Numbered from the stretch's first letter, positions 27,573 through 37,638 are shown. The stretch: 64,000 nucleotides of DNA from an uncultured Candidatus Saccharibacteria bacterium (GCA_964348785.1 CAYGDO010000003.1:57631-121630); one strand, 5' to 3'. Numbers and translations: made by a program. Notes: generated from the letters alone by a model not told the origin.

Positions 27573-28178
27573 TTGAGCTTATTATCTACGTGTTATTATT
27601 TATCTGTGATATACAAAATAACAGGTAAATTATTGGAACGAGAACTGGGTTACGCCGTCATAGAAGCTGGGGGCATCGGCTACAAAGTCTTTGCGACAGC
27701 CGAAACTCTAAACACAATTACCAAAAACAGTTCCAAAGAAGTCTCATTGTGGACGAGACTTTCAATCAAAGAGGACGCTTGGGATCTTTACGGTTTTCTA
27801 GAAAAAGAAGAAATGGAATTATTTGATCTCTTAATTTCTATCTCCGGAATTGGACCGAAAACTGGCATTTCTGTTTTAAACGCTTCTTCAATAGAAAACC
27901 TTAAAACCGCTATCGCTTCCGGTGATACTTCTTATCTAACAAAAATCTCTGGCATTGGCAGAAAAATTGCTGAAAAAATTATCTTTGAATTAAAAGAAAA
28001 AGTTGGGGGAAGTAAAGAAGCCGAAAAAGCTATGCAGGGCGATTCAGACGTTCTTCTGGCACTTCAATCACTTGGCTACAACGAAAGAGATGCTAGAGAG
28101 GCAGTCAAAAAATTGCCAAAAGAAGTTACCGGCACAAGTAACAGAATAAAAGAGACATTAAAATTGTTAGGTAAATAA
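27573..28178 (+). CDS. ruvA: Holliday junction DNA helicase RuvA
   Basis: …ITGKLLERELGYAVIEAGGIGYKVFA… (RuvA domain I) and a C-terminal domain III. The true start is probably GTG at 27606. Confidence 0.75.
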   Translation: MSLLSTCYYLSVIYKITGKLLERELGYAVIEAGGIGYKVFATAETLNTITKNSSKEVSLWTRLSIKEDAWDLYGFLEKEEMELFDLLISISGIGPKTGISVLNASSIENLKTAIASGDTSYLTKISGIGRKIAEKIIFELKEKVGGSKEAEKAMQGDSDVLLALQSLGYNERDAREAVKKLPKEVTGTSNRIKETLKLLGK

Positions 28179-28534
28179 TTCACAAAAAAGCACCGAGAGC
28201 GGTGCTCGAAGAAAAAAGGGAGGGCTAGCTGGCCTCAGCGGAGATTTGTTGCGCCTCATCAAGCTTAACCCATCCAACTTGGACCAGATACTGGAGGACA
28301 TCAATCCCCTTGCGACACGCCTCAGCGATCGTATCTTCGACCTGTTTACGCCAAGGGCGAACCGAAAGTGCAGGGCAAACTCTCCACAGAATAGTTGGAT
28401 TGAAACCATTCATACAGTCTTTCCGCACCCCAACAGAAGGAGTGCTTTACCAAATTAAATGTTACGCCTATTTTCACAAAATACAAATAAAAAGTGGCGG
28501 GATTTCTCCTGCCACCTAACCAGACACCGAAGCC

Positions 28535-28870
28535 TTACTTCTTCTTTTTGCCTTGCCCAGTCTTCCCCCGCCACGAACGATCCCGCCAGATGACGAGACT
28601 GTTCCAAGTGATCCTGACCGGAGAAATCCCGGCTCCGAGAGTAATTTTCAGAAAATCCGTGCGAATTGAGAAGCCCAATCCCGCATCCTCCAGGATCCCA
28701 ACGATCTCATTGAATTCCGGAGGATTAACTCCTTGGGCTTCATAATCCTCGAGGACGCCCATGATAACCCTGCGCAGAATTTCAGACCTGCTCGGCCTGC
28801 CTCCGTTTACTTTTCTAACTGATTTACCCATAAACTGTTGCCTGTCTGACGGGTTTTGAACGCTTCGCAC
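28535..28870 (-). CDS. Hypothetical basic protein inside GC island 1; weak resemblance to phage small-terminase/HTH-like proteins
   Basis: …GGRPSRSEILRRVIMGVLEDYEAQGVNPPEFNEIVGILEDAG… The coding frame is uncertain in GC-rich DNA. Confidence 0.25.
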   Translation of the reverse strand: MRSVQNPSDRQQFMGKSVRKVNGGRPSRSEILRRVIMGVLEDYEAQGVNPPEFNEIVGILEDAGLGFSIRTDFLKITLGAGISPVRITWNSLVIWRDRSWRGKTGQGKKKK

Positions 28871-28960
28871 CTGCGAATTAGTTCGTTACTTTAATATAAA
28901 AAATAGATTTTGTCAAATAAAAATACTCAATAAAAAATCCCCAGCCGAAACCGAGGAAAT

Positions 28961-29359
28961 CTAACTTCCGCACTCCCTATCAACCTGGAGTGGTAAATAA
29001 GGCTGGATAGAACAACGCGTGGGCCTACGGTTAAGGACGAAACTTGAAGACATAAGGCGGTTAAGGGCTAGACGAGCGACCCGAAGTCCGGCCCAGCCGG
29101 CCCACGAAGCCAGCAACACCAATGTCACCATCTCTGGCGACACGCTAATCGCCAGCGATTCCCTGGCGAAATACCCCGCCCCACTCCCAAGCATCCAAGA
29201 TGGAATGTGCCCCCACCCCACCAAATCCGAAAAGTGAACCAATGAGGGTTCAAAAAACACCAAACCCAAAAACCGATTCTGTTCCTCCCAACCGTAAAAG
29301 TCATTGGAAGTGAGAAACACGAAGTACAACACCGATAGAACTACGAGCGTTCTTTTCAT
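28961..29359 (-). CDS. Hypothetical secreted/membrane protein at the edge of GC island 1
   Basis: Signal peptide MKRTLVVLSVLYFVFLTS encoded in AT-rich DNA, followed by a GC-rich body. The N-terminus resembles that of the 37849-38823 protein. Confidence 0.3.
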   Translation of the reverse strand: MKRTLVVLSVLYFVFLTSNDFYGWEEQNRFLGLVFFEPSLVHFSDLVGWGHIPSWMLGSGAGYFARESLAISVSPEMVTLVLLASWAGWAGLRVARLALNRLMSSSFVLNRRPTRCSIQPYLPLQVDRECGS

Positions 29360-29446
29360 GGTGATTATTTCCTGACCAACTTATACCACTAAAATTAATA
29401 AACTGTCAATATCGAAAAACCAGCCTAAATAAGCGATATTAAGCAA

Positions 29447-30709
29447 ATGGACAATTTGCTAAAAATCACAAAAAATATAATTCCCAAAAAACTCTTTAAA
29501 ACCCTCCAACCTATATACCATTACAAACTAGCCCTTTTAGGCGCACTTCTCTATCGATTTCCTTCTAAAAAAATAAAAGTCATTGGTGTCACTGGAACCA
29601 AAGGAAAAAGTTCAACAACTGAAATGATTGCTCATATCCTACGAAATGCTGGATTTAAGACGGCATCCGCCAGCACTGTTCGTTTCCAAATTGGTGAAAA
29701 TGCCAAAAGAAATATGTTTAAAATGACAATGCCAGGCAGATTTTTTATTCAAAAATTTTTGAGAGACGCTGTAAATCAAAAATGTCATTTTGCGGTAATT
29801 GAAATTAGTTCGGAAGGCGCAAAACAATATAGACACAGATTCATTGATTTAGACGCTCTAGTGTTCACAAATTTAGCAAAAGAACATATTGAATCTCACG
29901 GCTCTTATGAAAAATATGTTGAAGCCAAATTATCTATTGCTAGTTCTCTAAGCAAATCTCCAAAAAAACAAAAATTCATGATTGGAAACATAGATGACAC
30001 CGAAACCTCCAAATTTTTTGAAAAAGCCCTACCAGCAAAACCTGTTACATACTCCTTAAAAGAAGCCGATAAAATCAAAGAAAAAGAAAATGGAATTGAT
30101 TTTGAAATTGAAGGAAAAAAAATTCATTCCAACCTAGTTGGCAAATTCAACATTTATAACTGGCTGGCCACTTGGAAAACAGTTTCAAATTTTGGAATTT
30201 CAATAGAACAATTTAAAAAAGCAGTTGAAGAATTAAAAGAAATTCCTGGCAGAGCTCAAATTATAAAAAAAGGCGACATTGAATGTGTAATTGATTATGC
30301 TCACACACCCGAATCTTTAGAGGCAATTTACAAAGCTTTTCCAAACAAGAAAAAAATCTGTATTTTGGGAAATACAGGCGGAGGCAGAGATACTTGGAAA
30401 AGACCTGAAATGGCTAAAATTGCTGACAAACATTGTGAGACTATTATCCTGACAAACGAAGACCCTTACGATGAAGATCCTATGAAAATAATCAATGATA
30501 TGGCCGTTGTTATCCCAAAAGATAAATTGTTTGTAGAAATAGATAGAAGAAAAGCCATAAATACAGCCATAAAAATGGCCGACAAGGATTCAATTGTCAT
30601 AATTACTGGCAAAGGAACTGATCCTTATATCATGGGCAAAAATGAAGAAAAAACTCCATGGGACGATAAAACCGTAGTCGAGGAAGAATTGGGGAAAATA
30701 AAAAATTAA
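29447..30709 (+). CDS. murE: Mur ligase, MurE-like (UDP-MurNAc-tripeptide synthetase)
   Basis: VIGVTGTKGKSSTTEMIAHIL (ATP-binding) and DYAHTPESLEA (MurE DYAHTP motif). Confidence 0.75.
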   Translation: MDNLLKITKNIIPKKLFKTLQPIYHYKLALLGALLYRFPSKKIKVIGVTGTKGKSSTTEMIAHILRNAGFKTASASTVRFQIGENAKRNMFKMTMPGRFFIQKFLRDAVNQKCHFAVIEISSEGAKQYRHRFIDLDALVFTNLAKEHIESHGSYEKYVEAKLSIASSLSKSPKKQKFMIGNIDDTETSKFFEKALPAKPVTYSLKEADKIKEKENGIDFEIEGKKIHSNLVGKFNIYNWLATWKTVSNFGISIEQFKKAVEELKEIPGRAQIIKKGDIECVIDYAHTPESLEAIYKAFPNKKKICILGNTGGGRDTWKRPEMAKIADKHCETIILTNEDPYDEDPMKIINDMAVVIPKDKLFVEIDRRKAINTAIKMADKDSIVIITGKGTDPYIMGKNEEKTPWDDKTVVEEELGKIKN

Positions 30710-30762
30710 ATATCAAAAATGTCTTTATCTTCTATTTTTAATATTTAATTTTTGATTTAATT

Positions 30763-31671
30763 ATGCCTGAACTACCCGAAGTTGAAACAACTGTCAGATC
30801 ATTAAACAAACTGTCGGGCCTTTCGATAAAAGACTTTTGGACTAGTTATAATTCCCCATTTTATAAAGGTAAAGAAAACATCAAAGACAAAAAATATCTT
30901 GAACTTTTTAAAAAAAATATAATTAACAAACAAATTCTTAGTGCTGAAAGAAGAGCAAAAAACATTTTAATCCATCTAAGTGGTGATATAACCATTCTTG
31001 TTCATATGAAAATGACTGGCCATTTTTTACACGGCGAATACAAATTTAAAAAAAACAACTGGAAACCAAAAGATGAAAAAGGTCCTCTCAATGATATGCA
31101 CAACAAATTCATTAGAGCTGTTTTTATTCTTTCAGATGGAAAACACCTTGCATTTTCTGACATGAGAAAATTCGCCAAAATAAATTTCTTTAACACAGAC
31201 ACGATTAACAAGCACAAAGAGCTAAGCAAACTAGGACCAGAACCCTTAGATAAAAAATTTTCTTTTGAAAATTTCAAAAAAGTTTTATTAAAAAAGCCTA
31301 ACGGAAAAATTAAACAGGTTCTGATGATGCCAGAAATTATTTCGGGTATTGGCAATATTTATTCGGATGAAATTCTATGGGCATCAGATATCCATCCTTT
31401 TTCCTCCCCTATTAAAATCCCAGACTCTAATCTCAAAAAAGCCTTTGAGGCTATGAGAGAGATTCTTGAATCTTCTATAAAAACAGGCGGTGATTCTATG
31501 TCAGATTTTAGAAGAATAGACGGCACAAAAGGTGGTTTCCAAAATTTTCATAAAGCTTACAGAAAGACAAATGATAGGTGTTCAAAAAGAAATTGTCTGG
31601 GTGTAATAAAGAAAATGAAAATTGGCGGACGGAGTGCTCATTTTTGCAATTTACACCAAAAAACATTTTAA
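30763..31671 (+). CDS. mutM: Formamidopyrimidine-DNA glycosylase (Fpg/MutM)
   Basis: N-terminal MPELPEVETTVRSL (catalytic Pro2/Glu3), H2TH region and a C-terminal zinc finger C…C…C…C. Confidence 0.85.
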   Translation: MPELPEVETTVRSLNKLSGLSIKDFWTSYNSPFYKGKENIKDKKYLELFKKNIINKQILSAERRAKNILIHLSGDITILVHMKMTGHFLHGEYKFKKNNWKPKDEKGPLNDMHNKFIRAVFILSDGKHLAFSDMRKFAKINFFNTDTINKHKELSKLGPEPLDKKFSFENFKKVLLKKPNGKIKQVLMMPEIISGIGNIYSDEILWASDIHPFSSPIKIPDSNLKKAFEAMREILESSIKTGGDSMSDFRRIDGTKGGFQNFHKAYRKTNDRCSKRNCLGVIKKMKIGGRSAHFCNLHQKTF

Positions 31672-31707
31672 ACTGGATTAGAAAAAATTAAGATATATAA
31701 TTGTCTT

Positions 31708-32763
31708 ATGTCAGAAGGTGGCGGAGTTTCATCAGCAGTTAAAGAACTTATACTCATAATACTTATATTTCTAGGTATTGGTTTTTTGTGGATGGCAACC
31801 GGCGGAATAAAACTGTCTCAAAATAACAACGAGCCAGTAAAAGAAAACGCTCAAACAGCAACAACCACCAAAACCGGTGGGGGTTTTTGGAATTTTTTTA
31901 AACCGTTTGACTTTGATTCTGGGACTTCAACTTTTGATTCAGATTACGGCATAGACTCTTGGTACGATGACAGTGGCAACACCACCGAACCCAATACCCC
32001 TCCCAAAAAACCTGATGATGTGACTTACAATTCTTACCAAAGAGACATAATCTACTATGGTTCTGAGCAAGTGAAAAATCCAGTAATTGAGGAACCAGAC
32101 AAAATTTTTATTGATGGCGTAAGCGGAAGTTATTATTCATCAGACGAAGAAACCAGCGAGTATATATCCATATCTGCTCCAGAAACAAATAAAAAGAAAT
32201 TCTTAATAACCGGTCTAACATTAAAAAGTAGAATGTCCGGGAGCCAAATACAAATCGGAGAAGGTGTAACAACTTATTATTCAAATTCTATAAATGCCAA
32301 AACCGCCGTCTTTTTAGCGCCCGGTGAAAAAGCTTTAGTCATAACCAGAAAGTCCCCTCTGGGTTATTCTTTCAAAACAAACAAATGTATGGGTTATTTA
32401 ACCCAATATCAAGATTTCTATCCAGGAATTTACTCGCAGTGCCCCCTAGTTAGCGACTACCCTTACCCAGAGAGACCTAACGCTTTCACTGATCAATGTT
32501 TAGACTTTTTAGACGGCATTGGATCCTGCCAATCAGTTTCTTTGGACTATGTGCCAGAAGGACTTCCTCAAAATTGTTTGAATTTTGCAACCGAAAGAGC
32601 AAATTACAATCGTTGCGTAGCCGATTTTTCCAACGATAAAGATTTCCTAAGTAATGAATGGAGAATTTATCTTGGAAGAACACAGAGTATTTGGAAAGAC
32701 AGGCGAGAAATAATTGATGTAATCGACGCCAAAGGAAATATTATCCAAACTTATACCTATTAA
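31708..32763 (+). CDS. Membrane-anchored extracellular Cys-containing protein (hypothetical)
   Basis: N-terminal TM helix. The C-terminal domain has 8 Cys (…QCPLV…QCLDFLDGIGSCQSV…NCLNF…NRCVADF). Confidence 0.4.
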   Translation: MSEGGGVSSAVKELILIILIFLGIGFLWMATGGIKLSQNNNEPVKENAQTATTTKTGGGFWNFFKPFDFDSGTSTFDSDYGIDSWYDDSGNTTEPNTPPKKPDDVTYNSYQRDIIYYGSEQVKNPVIEEPDKIFIDGVSGSYYSSDEETSEYISISAPETNKKKFLITGLTLKSRMSGSQIQIGEGVTTYYSNSINAKTAVFLAPGEKALVITRKSPLGYSFKTNKCMGYLTQYQDFYPGIYSQCPLVSDYPYPERPNAFTDQCLDFLDGIGSCQSVSLDYVPEGLPQNCLNFATERANYNRCVADFSNDKDFLSNEWRIYLGRTQSIWKDRREIIDVIDAKGNIIQTYTY

Positions 32764-32764
32764 G

Positions 32765-33250
32765 TTAAAACGAGGAAAAAAGAAAGACCGCAAGAGCAAT
32801 ATTTACATTTAAGGACTCCTTGTTGCCCCTCATTGGAATCTCTACTATTTCATCACACACATCCAAATCTTCCTTAGAAAAACCCTCTCGTTCCCTACCC
32901 ACCACTACTGCCATCTTTGAAGTTGCCTTAAAATCTTTAAAATTTGTAGACCTCTTATCTTGTTCAAGAGCTACAATTTTAATATTCTGTTTCTTTAAAT
33001 TTTCAACCGCATCAACAAAACTTTTAAAATATTCGTAAGAAACTGTTTTTTCAGCACCTAAGGAAACTTTAGAAAAATCTTTCCTTGTTCTTCCAAACCT
33101 GTCTATTGGCTCTGGTGTAACACCACACAAAATTATTTTCTTAACACCAACACAATCAGCAATACGAAAAATAGAAGCGGTGTTAAAGACACTTCTTATG
33201 TTGTTCAAAACCACAATAGGCTCAAGATTTTTATTAACGCCATCTTTCAT
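32765..33250 (-). CDS. SpoU/TrmH-family RNA 2'-O-methyltransferase
   Basis: VVLNNIRSVFNTASIFRIADCVGV…EIPMRGNKESLNVNIALAVFLF, SPOUT motifs I-III. Confidence 0.75.
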   Translation of the reverse strand: MKDGVNKNLEPIVVLNNIRSVFNTASIFRIADCVGVKKIILCGVTPEPIDRFGRTRKDFSKVSLGAEKTVSYEYFKSFVDAVENLKKQNIKIVALEQDKRSTNFKDFKATSKMAVVVGREREGFSKEDLDVCDEIVEIPMRGNKESLNVNIALAVFLFSSF

Positions 33251-33269
33251 AAAACAACTTTATAAGCGA

Positions 33270-33305
33270 CGTAGAGCGAGGGAAATGAAAACTGTTTGAA
33301 GTTTT
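33270..33305. promoter_or_regulatory. Perfect 12-bp palindrome GGAAATGAAAAC-n8-GTTTTCATTTCC in the divergent promoter region, plus a second inverted repeat TATATAGTCC…GGACTATATA at 33330-33420
   Basis: Seen in sequence. It lies between the divergent SpoU-family and doxX genes. Confidence 0.35.
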
Positions 33306-33449
33306 CATTTCCGAGCCGAGGAGTTTATATAGTCCCTCTAAAAATGCACGTTTCTGCCACGCAAGCAGAACGAATCTTTGAGTTCCAATTACCTCAAGGT
33401 TTGCCCCGATGGACTATATAATTAAACATTATTCTGTTAAAATTGCCAC

Positions 33450-33854
33450 ATGTTAAATACATTTCCAACATTGTTAGCTTTTGGCTTATTAGCCCCTTTT
33501 ATTCTTAGAATTTGTATTGGTTTAATAATGCTTGATTTTGGTTATTCAAAAATATCCAAATTGAAGTCCGATAAAACAGTGATGTTTGAATCACTGGGCA
33601 TGAAACCGGGTATCTATTACGTTTATATTTTTGGATTAGTAGAAATAGTTGCAGGACTAGCATTAATCGCTGGATTCTTTACTCAGATTGCCAGTTTAAT
33701 AACATTTATAATTTGTCTTTTGGCCATACTCGTCAAAAGACGAAACTCTGAAAACGTTAAGAGTTCATACACGACCCTTATCCTATCCATGATGATAGCT
33801 CTATCATTAATATTCTCTGGTGCAGGTTTCTTGGCTTTTGATTTACCGTTGTAA
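33450..33854 (+). CDS. DoxX-family membrane protein
   Basis: 134 aa with 4 TM helices and the DoxX-like N-terminus LLAFGLLAPFILRICIGLIMLDFGYSKI. Confidence 0.55.
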   Translation: MLNTFPTLLAFGLLAPFILRICIGLIMLDFGYSKISKLKSDKTVMFESLGMKPGIYYVYIFGLVEIVAGLALIAGFFTQIASLITFIICLLAILVKRRNSENVKSSYTTLILSMMIALSLIFSGAGFLAFDLPL

Positions 33855-33904
33855 AAATCACAAAGCTGTATTGCAAAACTTATATAAAACAAAGTTGTTT
33901 TCTG

Positions 33905-33977
33905 TCCGCCCGGGGGGAATCGAACCCTCGACCATCTCCTTAAAAGGGAGCTGCTCTACCAACTGAGCTACGGGCGG
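33905..33977 (-). tRNA. tRNA-Lys (TTT), unusual C1-G72 acceptor, CCA not encoded
   Basis: D-arm GCTCAGTTGGTAGAGC; anticodon loop CTTTTAA; T-arm GAGGG-TTCGATT-CCCCC; acceptor CCGCCCG/CGGGCGG. Confidence 0.7.
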
Positions 33978-34035
33978 AATAGAGAATAATTTAAGCTTTT
34001 ATTGACAAAAAGTAAAGCTGGTTTTTTAAGGATCG

Positions 34036-34737
34036 TTACACCCCCAACAAAAAAATCTCTAAAGCATTTTCCAAAGTATATTCCCCCCTATGACCTCTAT
34101 GATAAATTTCAACTAATTTTGAAAGCCACTTTTGTATCTCCCCTTCTTTGAAATTTTTTAAAAAACCTTTTGCCTTAGAGAAAACAAAAGGTTTCATTTT
34201 TGCCTCAACGGCATCCTTTGAAACCTCAGCAATCGCCAAAGATTTAATTTGCCAAAAAATCGTACCGTGAATTTCTTCTGGCTGGAATCCTTCTTCTATA
34301 AGTTTTCTATAGATAAGCCATGAGTGTTTCTTATCTCTCCTTCCAATCGAATCTGCCAAAGCAAAGATATTGGTAGGCTCTTTTTTGAAATTTTTTGATT
34401 TAATATCATGTAAAATAATATTTTTTCTTTTAACTTCTTCTTTCCAAACTCCAACGCTTAAAGAAACCACAAAAGTATTTTGAGAATTTTCAAACTTATC
34501 TAAATTTTCCAAAAAATTACTAACTGTCGCTTTATCAGCTCCCGTAATATCAAACAAAATTAAAGTGCCTCCGCCAAAAAGGCTTTTAGACAAAACCAGC
34601 TCATCCCAATTCAAAGGCAAACTAGAATCCAATTCATTGAAAAAATAATCCCGATTGGTAGCCAAAAAATCTTTAGCAAATTTTTTTGCCTCAATTCGGA
34701 CATCACTCTCATTTTCTCCAATAAAAACGTGCAACAC
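34036..34737 (-). CDS. holA: DNA polymerase III delta subunit-like (HolA)
   Basis: N-terminal MLHVFIGEN…, with an AAA+-lid-like alpha/beta region then a helical one. Immediately downstream of polA, a short CPR-style version. Confidence 0.45.
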   Translation of the reverse strand: MLHVFIGENESDVRIEAKKFAKDFLATNRDYFFNELDSSLPLNWDELVLSKSLFGGGTLILFDITGADKATVSNFLENLDKFENSQNTFVVSLSVGVWKEEVKRKNIILHDIKSKNFKKEPTNIFALADSIGRRDKKHSWLIYRKLIEEGFQPEEIHGTIFWQIKSLAIAEVSKDAVEAKMKPFVFSKAKGFLKNFKEGEIQKWLSKLVEIYHRGHRGEYTLENALEIFLLGV

Positions 34738-34747
34738 TTTTTTATTT

Positions 34748-37153
34748 TTAATATTTAATTTTCTCTAATTCAGCCCAATTTTTGCCAGCTGAAGCATCAA
34801 CGACAATCGAAACCCCTTCGCTTTTTTCTGCTGGTAAACAAGTCTCCATAATATTTTTTATTTCCTTCGAAACAGAATCGACTAGAGAATTCTCCACCTC
34901 ATAAACCAATTCGTCGTGAACTTGAAGCAATAAATTTACCTTCCCTGTTAAACCTTTTTTAATCAAAAAATCATCAGTCCGGACCATTGCTAACTTTATA
35001 ATGTCAGCCTCAGTGCCTTGAATCGGCGCATTGATAGCCATTCTTTCAGCCCCAGCTCTTACAAAAGGCAACTTAGAATTTATACCCTCAAAATATCTGC
35101 GTCTTCCAAAGAGTGTTTCAGTAAAACCTTTTTCACCTGCACTCTTTTTCGTATCCTCTAAATATTTTGCCAAACCCGAAAATTTCTCAAAATAATCATT
35201 ATAAAATTTCTGAGCGTCTTCTCTCTTAAACTCTATGGGCATACCATTGCTATCAATCGCCAACTGAGCCCGTAAAGCATTTACCCCCATCCCATACATC
35301 ACTCCAAAATTTATAGCTTTAGCTCTTCTTCTCATTTCTTTATCAATCTTATCTATCGGCACCCCAAAAACGGATGAAGCTACTGCCGAATGAATATCTT
35401 TGCCTTGCTTGAAAATTTCTATAAGATTTTCATCTTTAGAAATAATCGCCGCTATACGAAGTTCTATTTGAGAATAATCCAAAGACAACAAACTAAAACC
35501 ATCTTTGGCCGTAAAAGCCTTTCTAATCTCCTTACCCATTTCTGTATGATTTGGAATATTTTGCAAATTAGGATTTTCTGAGGACATTCTTCCTGTCGTC
35601 GTGCCCGCCTGAATAAAGCGCGCATATAATCTGCCATCAATACCAATAACTGGTATCAAATTTTCTATATAAGTCGAAAGGACTTTCGCCAGCTCTCTAT
35701 ATTTTACGATATAAGGGATAACTTCATGTTCTTCGTACAACTTTAAAAGTTCCGATTCTTTTGTGGACAATGCTCCTCCCGGGGTTTTCTTTTGTCCTTT
35801 TGCTTTTAATCCCAATTTAACAAAAAGTACTTCGCCAAGTTGTTTTGGTGAAGCAATATTAAATTCTGTACCAGTCATTTTCCAAATTTTCTTTTCAATT
35901 TGAGCAAGTTCTAAAGAGTATTTTTTTCTTAATTGTTTCAAATGTCCTATATCAACAGAAACTCCCGCCCTGTTCATCTTTTCAACTACGGGTAAAAGTG
36001 GTTTTTCTATTTCCTGAAACACTTCAGTCAAATTCATTTCTTTTATTTTCTTCTCCAAGAAAACCTTGGCATCTTTTAGAGAATTGGTATTGGAAAAATT
36101 TAAGACATCTTCAATTGAAGGGTCCGTAACAGACGAATTTACAAGCCACAACATCAATTTTATTTCTTCTTTTTCTTTTTCAGTTAAAACATCCTCTACT
36201 TTTTCAACATTCTCCTTTTTCAAATCACCCTTAATTCCTTTAATCTCCCTCAATCTTTCAGACATAGTTCTAAATTCAAATTTGGAAAAAATAGTTTGGG
36301 CTTGTTCCAAATCTAATTCATCAATCCATTTTTTCTCTGGCAATTTAAAATTAATAGGTGCATCAACCCTAATAGAAGCCAAGATTTTACTAAACTCAGC
36401 TTCTTCCTTGCCCGCTTTCAACAACTCTATGATTCTTGGTTTAAAACCCAAATCTAAAAACCTTTTTTCATCTTTCTGTAATGCCTTATAAATATTTTCA
36501 ACAGAACCAAAATTGGTAATTAAAGAGGTAGCAGTCTTTTCGCCAATACCTTTTATACCAATAATATTGTCCGACTGATCACCGGACAATCCTTTGTAAT
36601 CTGGAATAAGTTTTGGTGAAAATCCAAAACGTTTAAATACCGCGTCTTCGTTATATAAAATTGTATCGTTGATACCTTTTTTGAGAGTATAAACTAAAAC
36701 CTTATCGTCACTGACCAATTGCAAAGTATCCATATCGCCAGAGGCAATAACGATTTGCAAATCATGGTTATCTTTTGTTTTATCAACTATTGTTCCTAGA
36801 ATATCGTCAGCTTCAAAACCTTCTTTATCATAAATTGGAATTGAGAATGCCTTTAAAACATCTCTCGAACTTTGAAGTTGAGATACGAGTTCATCATCAG
36901 CTTTTTTTCTGCCAGCTTTATATTCTTTATAAACCTCATGACGGTGCGTTGGTTTTGGTAAATCATAAGCTGCAATAATATAATCGGGCTTTAAATCTTT
37001 AGCTATTTTAATCACCATTGAACACAAACCGTACAAAGCGCCCGTGGGCTCCCCTTTAGATGACGCAAACTGAGGTAGAGCGTGATAAGCCCGATGAATT
37101 ATGGCGTGAGCATCAAGCAAAACTATTTTTTTTCTATTTGAGTTTTCCTTCAC
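34748..37153 (-). CDS. polA: DNA polymerase I (5'-3' exonuclease plus polymerase domains)
   Basis: N-terminal 5'-nuclease (…LLDAHAIIHRAYHAL…) and C-terminal polymerase motifs A (DYSQIELR), B (RRRAKAINFGVMYG) and C (VHDELV). Confidence 0.9.
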   Translation of the reverse strand: MKENSNRKKIVLLDAHAIIHRAYHALPQFASSKGEPTGALYGLCSMVIKIAKDLKPDYIIAAYDLPKPTHRHEVYKEYKAGRKKADDELVSQLQSSRDVLKAFSIPIYDKEGFEADDILGTIVDKTKDNHDLQIVIASGDMDTLQLVSDDKVLVYTLKKGINDTILYNEDAVFKRFGFSPKLIPDYKGLSGDQSDNIIGIKGIGEKTATSLITNFGSVENIYKALQKDEKRFLDLGFKPRIIELLKAGKEEAEFSKILASIRVDAPINFKLPEKKWIDELDLEQAQTIFSKFEFRTMSERLREIKGIKGDLKKENVEKVEDVLTEKEKEEIKLMLWLVNSSVTDPSIEDVLNFSNTNSLKDAKVFLEKKIKEMNLTEVFQEIEKPLLPVVEKMNRAGVSVDIGHLKQLRKKYSLELAQIEKKIWKMTGTEFNIASPKQLGEVLFVKLGLKAKGQKKTPGGALSTKESELLKLYEEHEVIPYIVKYRELAKVLSTYIENLIPVIGIDGRLYARFIQAGTTTGRMSSENPNLQNIPNHTEMGKEIRKAFTAKDGFSLLSLDYSQIELRIAAIISKDENLIEIFKQGKDIHSAVASSVFGVPIDKIDKEMRRRAKAINFGVMYGMGVNALRAQLAIDSNGMPIEFKREDAQKFYNDYFEKFSGLAKYLEDTKKSAGEKGFTETLFGRRRYFEGINSKLPFVRAGAERMAINAPIQGTEADIIKLAMVRTDDFLIKKGLTGKVNLLLQVHDELVYEVENSLVDSVSKEIKNIMETCLPAEKSEGVSIVVDASAGKNWAELEKIKY

Positions 37154-37203
37154 AACTTAATTCTACATTAAAGCAAGTAAAAGAAAATTGACTGAACCTA
37201 AAT

Positions 37204-37638
37204 TTAAAATGTTAATTTTCTTGTAGTTTCGTCTATAAATTCAAAATTTATTTTGTAAGCATTATTTGGAATAGACTCCTTCACTATTTCTGGCCATTCC
37301 ACAAAAATTAAATTGTCGCTGTCCTTGAGTAATTCCGCAAACCCCAGAACCCCTAATTCTGAACTGTTATTTAAACGATAAACATCCATATGAATTAAGT
37401 TTTTAAACTTAAATCTTAAATCTTTAATTTTAAATCTTTTTTGAATGACAAAAGTGGGACTGGTGATATCTTCTTGTATGCCGAGTGTGCTCGCTACGCA
37501 TTTAACAAACGCTGTTTTGCCAGAACCAAGTTCACCAAACAAAACCACAACTGTGGCATTGTCCCCTTTTTCAATCTTGGATAAAAAATCAGAAGCCAAC
37601 TTTTGCGTATCTTCTAAACTTTTACTTAAAAATTCCAT
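37204..37638 (-). CDS. tsaE: tRNA threonylcarbamoyladenosine biosynthesis ATPase TsaE
   Basis: VVLFGELGSGKTAFVKCV and SPTFVI motifs. Confidence 0.75.
   Translation of the reverse strand: MEFLSKSLEDTQKLASDFLSKIEKGDNATVVVLFGELGSGKTAFVKCVASTLGIQEDITSPTFVIQKRFKIKDLRFKFKNLIHMDVYRLNNSSELGVLGFAELLKDSDNLIFVEWPEIVKESIPNNAYKINFEFIDETTRKLTF

Larger units (their letters stand above)
28180..29400. other. High-GC (~55-60%) island 1, compositionally foreign compared with the ~33% GC flanks
   Basis: Composition read directly from the sequence. Multiple overlapping ORFs occur on both strands, as expected for GC-rich DNA. Confidence 0.7.

Noticed and set aside
28180-29400. tmRNA, SRP RNA or rRNA fragment as the explanation for the GC-rich island
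   Set aside because: I could not find a tRNA-like CCA-terminated acceptor/T-arm pair with a tag-peptide reading frame, an SRP domain-IV motif, or rRNA-like conserved words by eye. It is left as unexplained and needs an Rfam scan.
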